Origin: Candidatus Bathyarchaeia archaeon
GTDB lineage: Archaea; Thermoproteota; Bathyarchaeia; Bathyarchaeales; Bathycorpusculaceae
Reading direction: 5' to 3'
NCBI GenBank assembly: GCA_049515895.1
Contig: JBEKTQ010000006.1
Coordinates: 1-64,000, forward strand
Length of the DNA stretch: 64,000 bases
Position 1 is the first letter of the stretch. The number at the start of each line of letters is the position of its first letter. Positions 50,223 through 59,704 of the stretch are shown in pieces. Under the pieces are notes generated by a model. It saw nothing but the letters and a program-made list of their open reading frames with translations. It did no database searches and was not told where the DNA came from. The position numbers and the translations under genes were made by a program.

Positions 50223-50594
50223 TCAATGCGGTAGTTTAGCTTGTTCGGGTGCAGACCCTGCAATTTGGAGGCTTTGAGGCAAATCGTCTGTGTAGTTTTG
50301 TTCTTTTATTTTTTCCACCATTTCCATGCCTAAATCAGTCAGGCAAAACAGCTTGTAACGGTTGCGGCCATCCCTCGTAACTTTGACTTCTTCACAGAAA
50401 AGTCCGGCTTCAGTCAGCAACTCGCAGTTCTTTATATCAATCGACGGAAGAGGCGTGCCTAAACTCATATCCAAATAGCAAAGATTCTTGTCTTGGCTAT
50501 CCAACGCCGCTAAAAGATACCTTTTGAAAACCGCTGTTTGACCTCGAATATATTTACACATGAAATCTTCAAACGTTTCAGACATAAAACACAC
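50223..50594 (-). CDS. Hypothetical wHTH-like protein
   Basis: YKLFCLTDLG wing motif. Confidence 0.55.
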   Translation of the reverse strand: MCFMSETFEDFMCKYIRGQTAVFKRYLLAALDSQDKNLCYLDMSLGTPLPSIDIKNCELLTEAGLFCEEVKVTRDGRNRYKLFCLTDLGMEMVEKIKEQNYTDDLPQSLQIAGSAPEQAKLPH

Positions 50595-50746
50595 CTAGAA
50601 ACAGTTGACATTTAAAACTAGAGAAGCGAAAGAATTTAAATTTTGCCCAAACATGTTACCCGTTGTCTCCTAGATTCCCTTCAAAGTGTCATAGTGGTAT
50701 GTTTTTATTCCTTCGTGTCGCAATAGCTAAACGAGAAGTGCGGATT

Positions 50747-51832
50747 GTGAAGATCATTGAGAAAAACCTGCGCCAAGGCTTCGTTAAAGTAGTTCCCGAC
50801 TCGCCAGATGACCTATGGCACCTCTACAACGTCATCTACAAAGGCGACGAAGTTTACGCTTACAGTTCAAGAGCCATAAAAAGTGATACGGAGACAAGCC
50901 GACCGAAAAGCGCCGAACGCGTGTCCGCCTTCATGGGAGTTAAAGTAGAATCCGTCAGCTGGGACAAGTTCCTCGGCAGACTGAGGGTCCACGGGCTAAT
51001 CTGTCACGCACCTGACATCATTCCGACTGGAGCCCACCATACCCTGAGCATTTCTTTGGATAAGCCAGTTACAATTGTCAAGACCGAATGGCCTAGTCAC
51101 CTGCTTGACAGACTCGAGAAAGCAAGTCAAACCGAGAAGCCTATGCTCATAATCTCCATAGACGACGAAGGCTTTGCCATAGCGGAAACTAAACAGTACG
51201 GGTACGAAACCCGAGTTGAACAGCGCATGCGACTGCCTGGAAAGCACGAGGCTGACAAACGGGTTGAAGCAACAAAAGCGTATTTCCGTCTTGCAGTAAC
51301 CAGCCTTGACAAGCTTTGGAGCCCAAATCATAATCCAATCGTCATCATCGGCGCTGGCTACGTCAAAACTGACTTCGTGCGATACCTCAATGAAGAAGCT
51401 GCAGAAATGGCCAAGTCCGTCGCTGACATCAAAAGCGTCAACAACGGCGGTACAGCAGGCATCGACGAAGCCCTCCGCAGCGGCGTCCTGTTAAAGGCTT
51501 CTCATCAACTTCGTGTCGTGGAAGAAACGGAAACCATCGAGGAAGTCATGAAGCGGCTTGGGAAAGGTGAAGGTAACGTAACTTACGGGTTGGATTCAGT
51601 GGACAACGCGGTCAAGTTGGGCGCGGTTGAGAAACTTGTAATAGCAGATACAGCAATTCGCGACGCGGACGAGTTGCAGCGGGTGAAGCTAGAGGGACTC
51701 ATGCGGGAAGCGGAGAGACGTCGTGCAAGTGTCACAGTGATCAGCACGGAACATGAAGCAGGCGCGAAACTCTTATCGCTAGGCGGGATCGCGGCGTTGC
51801 TGCGGTTTCCACTTTACCGAGAAACTGCATAG
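50747..51832 (+). CDS. pelA: Pelota (aDom34) ribosome-rescue factor
   Basis: DDLWHLYNVI, HHT, HEAG..L..LGGIAALLRF. Confidence 0.95.
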   Translation: MKIIEKNLRQGFVKVVPDSPDDLWHLYNVIYKGDEVYAYSSRAIKSDTETSRPKSAERVSAFMGVKVESVSWDKFLGRLRVHGLICHAPDIIPTGAHHTLSISLDKPVTIVKTEWPSHLLDRLEKASQTEKPMLIISIDDEGFAIAETKQYGYETRVEQRMRLPGKHEADKRVEATKAYFRLAVTSLDKLWSPNHNPIVIIGAGYVKTDFVRYLNEEAAEMAKSVADIKSVNNGGTAGIDEALRSGVLLKASHQLRVVEETETIEEVMKRLGKGEGNVTYGLDSVDNAVKLGAVEKLVIADTAIRDADELQRVKLEGLMREAERRRASVTVISTEHEAGAKLLSLGGIAALLRFPLYRETA

Positions 51833-51955
51833 GGACAGGTTTAATCAAGAAACATGAACTAAATTTAGCTTTATTTATAGTCTATATGTTTCATGAAGGT
51901 TTAACCTAAGAGTGTCAAGGTAATACATATTTTTGAAGGTAACGTGAGGGAAAAA

Positions 51956-52096
51956 ATGTTACCGCGAATTCATCGAACCAAGTTTGCTGTGATCTTGATA
52001 TTTTCTATTGCTGTTTTCTTTGGTGCATTGGCTGGGGCATATGCTGGCTGGATTCTAGAAGGACAATTGTACTTGCGCAAAAACGTCAAAATCTGA
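51956..52096 (+). CDS. 46-aa single-TM microprotein
   Basis: GAGGG RBS; MLPRIHRTKFAVILIFSIAVFFGALAGAYAGW... Confidence 0.5.
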   Translation: MLPRIHRTKFAVILIFSIAVFFGALAGAYAGWILEGQLYLRKNVKI

Positions 52097-52396
52097 CAAG
52101 GAACTCTAACAGTGACCTCTTGTTTCTAGCCAACTGGCAAAGCGAAACTGACCAGGATGATTTTTCTTTTGAGGTTAACTAGATTTTTAGTTATAATTGA
52201 AAAAGAGGTTCTAGCTATGGTGCTTTCATGGGTTTTACCTCTTTCCGCAGATGTTCGGTCTGCAATAGGGGTTAACCATTTTTTTTGTGTTTAATCATTA
52301 TTCCTCCTCTTCGAAAGGGGTTTTGCCGTCCAAGGCAGACGAGAAGTTGACAGAACCCAAAAGAAAAATGGATTTAAAATAAGGTAAGTAGGTTAC

Positions 52397-52529
52397 TCAC
52401 TTTTTTGTATGCTTCTCTTCACAGTGCTTCTCATAATCTTTCTCAGTGGCATAAACTTTCTTTATCAGTTGGGCATTGATACTTTCCTTCTTTAGTCTTA
52501 ATTGGTTTGGGATGGCTTTTCTTTGACAA
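52397..52529 (-). pseudogene. Frameshifted C2H2-like zinc-finger microprotein
   Basis: GGGGTGA RBS, TTG start; removing one A gives KYQCPTDKKVYATEKDYEKHCEEKH. Confidence 0.55.
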
Positions 52530-52752
52530 ATAATCACCCCCAAAAAAGAGAGAGATTCAGAGAAGGATTGCCCAAACAGCATTTTATATCTATGCGATTG
52601 TACTAAGCATATAATTTGAGTACCATTGTTTCTGTTTATTTAACGTCACCTACCTAAAAATTAGTTAATTCCTGCCTTTTTGTGAAAAAAAGGCATCTAA
52701 ACATTGCAGATACTGTTAAGTTACCCAGCATAAAAAAAGGTGGGTTAGAATT

Positions 52753-53028
52753 TTATTCAAAGTATTTAGTAAGGACTTTTTGCCCTAGTGTCGTAAGCTT
52801 CCAACCCGTTCCAGTGTATTCGATAGCACCTGACCTTTCCAAATATCCTAACATTTCACCTGTCTTAGCATCTTGGTGTCCTATGATTTTAGCAATTTCC
52901 TTAGCTGTTTTTGGGGACGTCTGAATTGCGCGAGCTATGGAAAGATAAGCTGCTGTCTGAAACCAATCAAGTACGTCTTTTTCACTCATTTGTGTTTTCA
53001 CCTTACAACCTATATGGCTAGGTTTCAA
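52753..53028 (-). CDS. Small winged-helix protein
   Basis: PKTAKEIAK..LERSGAI..GWKLTTLG. Confidence 0.7.
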   Translation of the reverse strand: MKPSHIGCKVKTQMSEKDVLDWFQTAAYLSIARAIQTSPKTAKEIAKIIGHQDAKTGEMLGYLERSGAIEYTGTGWKLTTLGQKVLTKYFE

Positions 53029-53177
53029 TTTAATTCTTGTGAAAGAAGTAGGAATAATAAGTTTTAATGTTGGGTAACTTAACTTAACAGTATCAACATT
53101 GGATAAAAATTATACTGTTAAGTTATTTGACCCAAGGATCCTGGGGATAATTTATCCTTTTTGCGTCTGTATTCGTT

Positions 53178-53417
53178 TTAGGATTTTTCTTCATCTATTT
53201 CGTGGAAAATTATTTCTTTAATAACGCATTCAGGTAGTGTGACTTTAGTTCCTTCAAATACTGTCTGCGTTTTTGTTTTTGTTATTTCTAATTGTGGTTC
53301 AAATGTTATGAATGCCCCCTGAATTTCGTAACTTCGTGCAATGTAGATTTTTTCATCCAGTTTAGAATCTGTAAAAATTGTGTAGCCTAAACTGTACTTT
53401 TTTGGTTTAATTGCCAT
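53178..53417 (-). CDS. Hypothetical protein
   Basis: AT-rich 79-aa ORF. Confidence 0.55.
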   Translation of the reverse strand: MAIKPKKYSLGYTIFTDSKLDEKIYIARSYEIQGAFITFEPQLEITKTKTQTVFEGTKVTLPECVIKEIIFHEIDEEKS

Positions 53418-53511
53418 AAACCTACTTCCAATATTTTAGATTAACAATGAGCTATATAGCGGTTAAGGTGGCTACGACCATTACCGAGCAAATTTATGGG
53501 CTTACCTTTTT

Positions 53512-53784
53512 TTACATAATATTTACTTTGTTTTGTTTGGCGAACTCTTTCATTATATCATGAATTTTACTTATATCCTCAAGGGAAAGACAGTCACTTA
53601 CTACTTGGCTAGTACAGATTCCCTTACAAGCTATATGCAGTTTTAGTTTAAGTTTTGGTAGTTCGCATTCATCAAATATATGTTCTAAACAATAATCGAT
53701 GCATTCACCTTTAGTTTCTTTTAGTTTTCCTTTTATAATCAACATTATCCTTTGAGAAGTTAGGTTAACAACATCTTCTTTCAT
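53512..53784 (-). CDS. Hypothetical Cys-containing protein
   Basis: AT-rich 90-aa ORF, CIDYC/CKGIC. Confidence 0.5.
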   Translation of the reverse strand: MKEDVVNLTSQRIMLIIKGKLKETKGECIDYCLEHIFDECELPKLKLKLHIACKGICTSQVVSDCLSLEDISKIHDIMKEFAKQNKVNIM

Positions 53785-53993
53785 AGACAGCTATTGTAGG
53801 ATAATTGTTTTTAAGAGCTTGGTCAATGCTCTCAGTGTATACATAGTGGAACAAGTGAGCAGACGAAAATTTACAGAAAAAACGACCTGACAAAGATTTT
53901 ACAGAACCACAGCTTGCCATTTATAAAGGCTTTATAAATAGATGATGTTATATACTCCCTGTATCATTTAAATACTCAAGCCCGTGAAAAATC

Positions 53994-54557
53994 ATGAGCA
54001 AACGAAAACCAATTATTAACATACAAAACATCGTTGCTTCTGTATCACTTAACCAGAAAATCGACTTACAGAAAATCGTGGAAAAGTTTCCGCAGACAGA
54101 GTATAACCCAAGCGTTTTCCCAGGCTTAGTTTTCAGACTTAAAAAACCGAAAACCGCCACATTAATTTTCGGCACCGGCAAAATGGTTTGCACAGGCGCT
54201 AAATCCGAAAAAGAATCCCGTAGCGCCGTCGAAAAAGTCGTCAAAGAACTTCGCGGCGAAGGCATCCAAATCACTGAGAAACCAATCGTGAACATCCAAA
54301 ACATCGTTGCCTCTGCAGAGCTAGGCGGCGAAATTGACCTTGAAAGTCTCGTCTACAAGCTTAGCAAAGTCATGTACGAGCCCGAGCAGTTCCCAGGTGC
54401 AGTTTACAGAATGGATGAGCCCAAAGTTGTGTTCCTAATATTCTCAGCTGGCAAACTTGTCTGCGTTGGAGCCAAGAAAGAAGAGCAGGTTTACGAGGCA
54501 GTCGACAAAATTCAGGCGTTACTTGAAGAGAAAGAACTCATCTACTACCCCTCTTAA
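53994..54557 (+). CDS. tbp: TATA-box-binding protein
   Basis: Two repeats NIVAS..YNPSVFPG / YEPEQFPG. Confidence 0.97.
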   Translation: MSKRKPIINIQNIVASVSLNQKIDLQKIVEKFPQTEYNPSVFPGLVFRLKKPKTATLIFGTGKMVCTGAKSEKESRSAVEKVVKELRGEGIQITEKPIVNIQNIVASAELGGEIDLESLVYKLSKVMYEPEQFPGAVYRMDEPKVVFLIFSAGKLVCVGAKKEEQVYEAVDKIQALLEEKELIYYPS

Positions 54558-55282
54558 GCCTGTTTTTTCATTCTGCGTCTAACGGCAGGGTTCAAATCTG
54601 CCAATTTCTTGAGCGCCAACTCGAAGGTTTCATCTGGCATAAGCTCTCTTTTAACAAAGACTCCTGTTCTTCCTGATGTGTCTCGTTTTACAAGGGTGTG
54701 AACCCTGTCCAGCACTGTCTCTGCGGAAACGCCTAGAACTTTGGCGGCGGACTGTTCCCTGCCGATGATGCTGTTCTCCATATGGCCCGCCTCTGTAGGT
54801 TCAATAAGCATCAGCCGTTTATCTACCCCTGGAACACGAGCATCCGCGTTAAGCTGCTTGAGGCTCACCTCGCCGCCAAAACGGTAAAATTCCCTCTCAA
54901 CCGTGCGCATCTCCATCAGCGGGAATGAAACGGTGATTCGCTCACCAACTTCAATATGAGCCTTCATAGCATATCTAGGGGTTGCTTGAACAATTAATCT
55001 GGCGTTAATGGGCACGCCTGCTTTTTCCAGCGCGGTTTCAACAAGGAAACTGTTCTGCACTTCGCCGATGAAGATGTCAACATCGCTTCCCTTCTTGACG
55101 TCGCCCCGGGCTATGCTTCCATGGGTAATCGACTGTAAATGAAATGTTTCCAAGGCTACCATGATCTTAACTGCTTCGCCTCTGAGTTCGTGCAGCAGCG
55201 CCCAACGTGTCGTCGTGTACATTACTTCTTTGTAGTCTGCGGGTTTGGTCGGCTTTACAGCCATGTTTCTCCTGCCTTTCAT
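54554..55282 (-). CDS. Pol-beta-superfamily nucleotidyltransferase
   Basis: HGSIARGDV..SDVDI; GVDKRL. Confidence 0.85.
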   Translation of the reverse strand: MKGRRNMAVKPTKPADYKEVMYTTTRWALLHELRGEAVKIMVALETFHLQSITHGSIARGDVKKGSDVDIFIGEVQNSFLVETALEKAGVPINARLIVQATPRYAMKAHIEVGERITVSFPLMEMRTVEREFYRFGGEVSLKQLNADARVPGVDKRLMLIEPTEAGHMENSIIGREQSAAKVLGVSAETVLDRVHTLVKRDTSGRTGVFVKRELMPDETFELALKKLADLNPAVRRRMKKQA

Positions 55283-55355
55283 AGGTTTAAGACTGCATTG
55301 TTTATTTACCTTAACGGTTAATCAACAGTGATTAGCGATAAGCTGAGGAAAATCA

Positions 55356-56294
55356 TTGACTTCCCCGCTCTGTAGTGCCTGCAAAACCCGTGCAGCCTTC
55401 TTTCACAGGCAGTACTCAGGGGAAACACTGTGCAAAAAATGCTTCACCCAATCCATCGAAAACAAAGTACGTGCAACCATCACACACTACCACATGCTCA
55501 ATTTCAACGACCACCTGGCAGTCGCTGTTTCAGGCGGCAAAGACAGCCTAAGTCTACTGCACATTTTGGCTAAGATGAAGCAGTACCGCTCCAAAACCAC
55601 GCTCACCGCCGTAACTGTTGACGAGGGCATCGCTGGTTACAGAAACGAAGCTTTAGAGATCGCAGCAGAAAACTGTCTGAAACTAGAAATTCCGCATCAC
55701 ATCGTCTCTTTCAAGGATCTTTTCGGGTATACGCTCGACGAAATAGTACAGAAAACCCGCGTCAAAGGGCACATGGAGCTGACGGCATGCGCGTACTGTG
55801 GGGTCCTTCGGCGGAAAGCCATCAATATCGGCGCAAGACAGGTCCACGCGAACAAAGTTGCAACAGCCCACACTCTTGACGACGAAGCCCAAACCGTGCT
55901 CATGAACATTTTCCGCGGCGACATCACACGGCTTGCGAAGGAGAAACCCGTCACAAGCGAAGTGCATCCGCTGTTAGTGCAGAAGATCAAACCTTTCTGC
56001 CAGATTCCAGAGAACGAAAGCGCCCTATACGCTTATGTGAAAAAAATCAGTTTCCAAGATACGCCTTGCCCGTACGCTTCTGAAGCGTTGCGCAACGACA
56101 TGCGTTGGATGCTTAACCGGCTCGAAGCGAAGCATGCTGGAACCAAATTCACAGTGCTCCGAGCTATGGAACGGCTGAGACCGGCGTTGGAAGAAACCGC
56201 ATCCAAGGAAGGATTCATGACTTGTGTTGAGTGTGGTGAGCCGTCAGCAGCGGATTTGTGCAAGACCTGTGAGATGCTGCGGCAGATACGTTGA
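55356..56294 (+). CDS. TtuA/Ncs6-family tRNA 2-thiolation protein
   Basis: SGGKDS PP-loop, CAYC, CPY, terminal zinc fingers. Confidence 0.9.
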   Translation: MTSPLCSACKTRAAFFHRQYSGETLCKKCFTQSIENKVRATITHYHMLNFNDHLAVAVSGGKDSLSLLHILAKMKQYRSKTTLTAVTVDEGIAGYRNEALEIAAENCLKLEIPHHIVSFKDLFGYTLDEIVQKTRVKGHMELTACAYCGVLRRKAINIGARQVHANKVATAHTLDDEAQTVLMNIFRGDITRLAKEKPVTSEVHPLLVQKIKPFCQIPENESALYAYVKKISFQDTPCPYASEALRNDMRWMLNRLEAKHAGTKFTVLRAMERLRPALEETASKEGFMTCVECGEPSAADLCKTCEMLRQIR

Positions 56295-56302
56295 CCCGTT
56301 TT

Positions 56303-56500
56303 CTATTTGAGTCCTTTTTCACTTTTCAGTTTTCGAAGTAAGGTCGAAGCTTCGAAGGGGTTCTTTGCCGAAGCGACTTTCTGTGCCCTTAAAAGTTCTA
56401 CTCGTGTGCCGCAGTACGGGCAGATTTTGGTTTTCTGTGCTTTTGTGGTCAACATTAAACCTTGGCATTGTGGGCATTTCACGATTTGAGTTGGCTTCAT
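56303..56500 (-). CDS. Zinc-ribbon protein (DUF1922-like)
   Basis: CPQC..KTKICPYCG. Confidence 0.75.
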   Translation of the reverse strand: MKPTQIVKCPQCQGLMLTTKAQKTKICPYCGTRVELLRAQKVASAKNPFEASTLLRKLKSEKGLK

Positions 56501-56570
56501 TTGCGTGTCGCTTCCGAAAGCCTTTTCCACGTACGGGTTGATAAGGGTATGCAGGGAAAAGGCGCGAGCT

Positions 56571-56933
56571 ATGAGCAAGGATAAAGAACCGCTGAAATCT
56601 AGAGTACATATGATAGAGTTGGCGGTCAAGTACTTCAAGAAGGAAGGTTACAAAGTTAACAAGGAAAATGCTTGGCTGGACGGATACAGCGGTGCAACCC
56701 GTCATTTCGACCTTATCGTGCAAAAAGGGCGCATTGAGCAGGGTGTCTGGGTCAGGGATTGGAACCGAACCGTGGGCGTAAACTTGATTATTGGGTTGGA
56801 CACTGCTTCAGAAGATGTTGGCTTAGGCAGCCCAATTATGATAGCCGACAAATTCAGCGATCATGCAAAATCCTACAGCAACCGCCGAAAAATCACTTTG
56901 CTCACCAAACAGAAAATGGGCCACTTCATGTAG
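56571..56933 (+). CDS. Mrr/PD-(D/E)xK restriction-endonuclease-fold protein
   Basis: GYSG..H.FDLIV; degenerate (D/E)xK. Confidence 0.6.
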   Translation: MSKDKEPLKSRVHMIELAVKYFKKEGYKVNKENAWLDGYSGATRHFDLIVQKGRIEQGVWVRDWNRTVGVNLIIGLDTASEDVGLGSPIMIADKFSDHAKSYSNRRKITLLTKQKMGHFM

Positions 56934-56996
56934 ACGGCTACATTGACTATGCAACGCTCTAGAGTTGGGGTTTAACACAAAAGCGTGGGCTATGAC

Positions 56997-57581
56997 CTAA
57001 AGTTTGAGGTACTGGTCTGTTAAGCCTTCCCGTTCAAGCATGCCAAGCCAATCCACTACGCCAACAAAGCAGCTCTTTCGTTTCTCCAAAACATCCAAAA
57101 TATCGTTGACTACTTCTCCAACCGGTTTGCCCGTAATATCTAATTCGCATACCCTTCCCGCATGTGCCACGATAGCCTCGCCTAGACAAACATCGATAAT
57201 TTCGGCTTGAAGGTTCTCCCAAAGTTTGCTTCCCGTGTAACCGCATTTCTCCATGAAAAGCTTAAGTTCCTTCGGGTTTCGTCGCAAAACGAAAACCAGA
57301 GCCACATGCTTGGTTGGGGTCACTGCGCTGGCGTAATGTCCGTCGATGATTATGTTGGCGTTGTCAGTTGCATCTATTGTTTTTGCGAGTTTCTCTTGCA
57401 TTTTCTCTTCATCGATTATGAAGGTATTTCTCTCTTTGTCTTCGCCCAGTGTGAGGTTGTTGGCTTTGGCGTAGTCGGTGAGGTTAATGTAAGCGGCGTT
57501 GAGTTTGGCGGCTAGGGCTTTGGCGGTTGTTGTTTTACCTGTGCATGGTGTTCCCGTTATGAGGATGACTCGTTTGTCCAT
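56997..57581 (-). CDS. Adenylate kinase, AK6/Fap7 type
   Basis: GTPCTGKTT, IIDGH, ENLQAE. Confidence 0.9.
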   Translation of the reverse strand: MDKRVILITGTPCTGKTTTAKALAAKLNAAYINLTDYAKANNLTLGEDKERNTFIIDEEKMQEKLAKTIDATDNANIIIDGHYASAVTPTKHVALVFVLRRNPKELKLFMEKCGYTGSKLWENLQAEIIDVCLGEAIVAHAGRVCELDITGKPVGEVVNDILDVLEKRKSCFVGVVDWLGMLEREGLTDQYLKL

Positions 57582-57661
57582 GTTTAGAGTTGTGTCTGAG
57601 GAAAGTTTTATCCGTTCCTCTTACAAACGCTTCCTTGTATGCCACAGGGCGGGCGGTTTAG

Positions 57662-58543
57662 ATAAGCGGGTTAACGTTTTATTTAGTTGACGTGTTCACA
57701 CAGGAAAAGTACGCAGGCAACCAGCTTGCAGTCTTCACTGACACAGGCGATTTGCCGGCTGAGGATATGCAGAAGATCGCGAATGAAATGCATTTTTCCG
57801 AAACAACCTTCATACGCTCAAACGAAAAGAGGGACGGTGGATATGACGTGCGCATCTTTACACCTAACTCGGAGGTGCCTTTCGCTGGACATCCAACTCT
57901 GGGAACGGCATGGGTGATCAATCATTTCATAGCTGGTGGCAAAGATGGCAAGGTTGTGCTTAACTTGAAAGTTGGGCAGATCATCGTCATCTTCAAAAAA
58001 GAGGATGATCAAGAGACGTTGTGGATGAAGCAGGCTTCACCTGTTTTCGGCGAATCTTTCACGGCGGGTCGTCTAGCTAAAGTCCTGCAGCTTAATGAAT
58101 CGGATTTTGACGAACGGATTCCGGTTCAGGAAGTTTCTACGGGTTTGCCATTCATCATTGTCGCCCTCAAAACTTTGGACGCTGCTAAAAGGGCAGCCAT
58201 AAGCATCGGTTCTCTCCGTGAAATGGCGAGTGAAGTTCGCGGCGGAATCTTGATTTTCTCCCCTCAAACCGTTGATAAACGCAATGATTTGCATGTCCGT
58301 GTTTTCGTAGATTTGTTAGGCATCCCGGAGGATCCAGCGACGGGCTCAGGGAACGGCTGCCTTGCAGGTTACTTGTCCCGCTACCACTACTTCGGCACTG
58401 AGGTGGTTAACGTCAGGGTTGAGCAGGGCATTGAGTTGGGGCGTCCCTCGCTGCTTCTGCTTAAAGCCCGCAAAGTAGGCGATGATTTGCAAGTGGAGGT
58501 TGGCGGCCAAGTCTTCCTGGTCGCGAAGGGCCAGCTTGCTTGA
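57662..58543 (+). CDS. PhzF-family isomerase
   Basis: VDVFT..GNQLAV, FSETTF, FAGHPT, EDPATGS; family-like N-terminus extends to ATA at 57662. Confidence 0.9.
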   Translation: MSGLTFYLVDVFTQEKYAGNQLAVFTDTGDLPAEDMQKIANEMHFSETTFIRSNEKRDGGYDVRIFTPNSEVPFAGHPTLGTAWVINHFIAGGKDGKVVLNLKVGQIIVIFKKEDDQETLWMKQASPVFGESFTAGRLAKVLQLNESDFDERIPVQEVSTGLPFIIVALKTLDAAKRAAISIGSLREMASEVRGGILIFSPQTVDKRNDLHVRVFVDLLGIPEDPATGSGNGCLAGYLSRYHYFGTEVVNVRVEQGIELGRPSLLLLKARKVGDDLQVEVGGQVFLVAKGQLA

Positions 58544-58586
58544 ATTTGACTCGAAATTCTTATTGCTTGCCAACGCGCATTGTTGA

Positions 58587-58905
58587 GTGGGCTGGCGAGT
58601 TGGTGTGTGGCTTTCGGACCCAAAAATGCTGGGTCTGAGGAAACTCCGCCCACGTGTAGAATTGCAGCTCCATGATGGGGCAACGCGAGAGCGTTGGCAA
58701 CGGAGCAGAAACGAAACGTCCAATTGGACTTGTCGATGACGCCTTTGTGAGGTCGAGTGCGCCAACTTGGAAGCGGTGAAACGGCCGTCCTGCAAGTGGA
58801 AAGGGCAAACAGTCGCCGATGCGGAATCTACCCAAGGCGCGGGTAGCCCGATTAGCCGAATGCCACAATAACAGAAGGCGGGTTACAACCAGCACACCAG
58901 CCCAC
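58587..58905 (+). ncRNA. rnpB: RNase P RNA
   Basis: GAGGAAACTCCGCCC (CR-I), CAGAAA, TGAAAC, ACAGAAGGCGGGTTA (CR-V); P1 GTGGGCTGG/CCAGCCCAC. Confidence 0.93.
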
Positions 58906-58930
58906 ACAATAACAGAAGGTAATCTACAAC
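58864..58930 (+). repeat. Direct repeat of rnpB 3' conserved region
   Basis: CACAATAACAGAAGG-N5-TACAAC at 58864 and 58905. Confidence 0.85.
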
Positions 58931-59327
58931 AACAAATAGAATCTCCAGCGTTAAGGTATCGGCACGATGAATTAAAGACAAAAGGGGAAGCAACAAAAGA
59001 TAGGTATGAGAAATATTTTCAAGAGTTTTTGCAATTCATAAACAAAAATCCTGATGAACTAATCGTTCAAAGACAATAAGACCTACTAAACAAAGACCTT
59101 AAAATACAGAGAAAACAGAAAGCCAATTTTTAGCGTTCATGGCTAAGAAAAAACAAGAAGGCTATGCAATAGCAACCCTTCAAATAATATTTGCTTCTAT
59201 TCGCTCATTTTTTGAAATACACTATTTCCCTCTAAGAATGCGAATAGGAGATTACCCGAAAGGAGACGGCAATGGCGTAAAACGGGCATCCAAAAGAAGC
59301 CATACAAGCAGGAAGAATTACAGTTAA
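58920..59327 (+). pseudogene. Tyrosine recombinase N-terminal remnant
   Basis: ATKDRY..F..FL.FI...PDELI; GYAIAT....ASIRSFF; internal stop and frameshift; no catalytic domain. Confidence 0.65.
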
Positions 59328-59420
59328 GATTGTTACGTTACTTTTTCCAACTCTGAACCAAAAGAAGCCGCTAATAACATTTTGTTGAATTCTCTTTAGA
59401 CTAAGATTAATCTATATAGC

Positions 59421-59546
59421 CTATCTTGACTTTTGTCTTTCCACTCTGTCAAGTTTCTTCTTCTTGCGGGCATCTTCTCGCTCTTTCTTTTTCCGAGGCT
59501 GAGGTTTTCCCCGATCTCGTTCTCCTGTGTCTCCCTTCTTACTCAT
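59421..59546 (-). CDS. 41-aa highly charged basic microprotein
   Basis: AGGAG RBS; MSKKGDTGERDRGKPQPRKKKEREDARKKKK... Confidence 0.55.
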   Translation of the reverse strand: MSKKGDTGERDRGKPQPRKKKEREDARKKKKLDRVERQKSR

Positions 59547-59704
59547 CTGATAATCTCCTTATGATGAAAAAACGGCTGTAAGCTTCGCAAAGCCGTTCCT
59601 TGCCTTAATAATTAAGTAAATACAGTTTTTTATGAGTTGTGGGGCCAAAAGAATCCACAAAGAGCTCTGAAAAACCAAAAAAGAACGTGCAAAACAAAAG
59701 AAAG

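Noticed and set aside
58346-58907. ORFs 58346-58795, 58387-58683 and 58560-58907
   Set aside because: Antisense shadows of the PhzF gene and RNase P RNA
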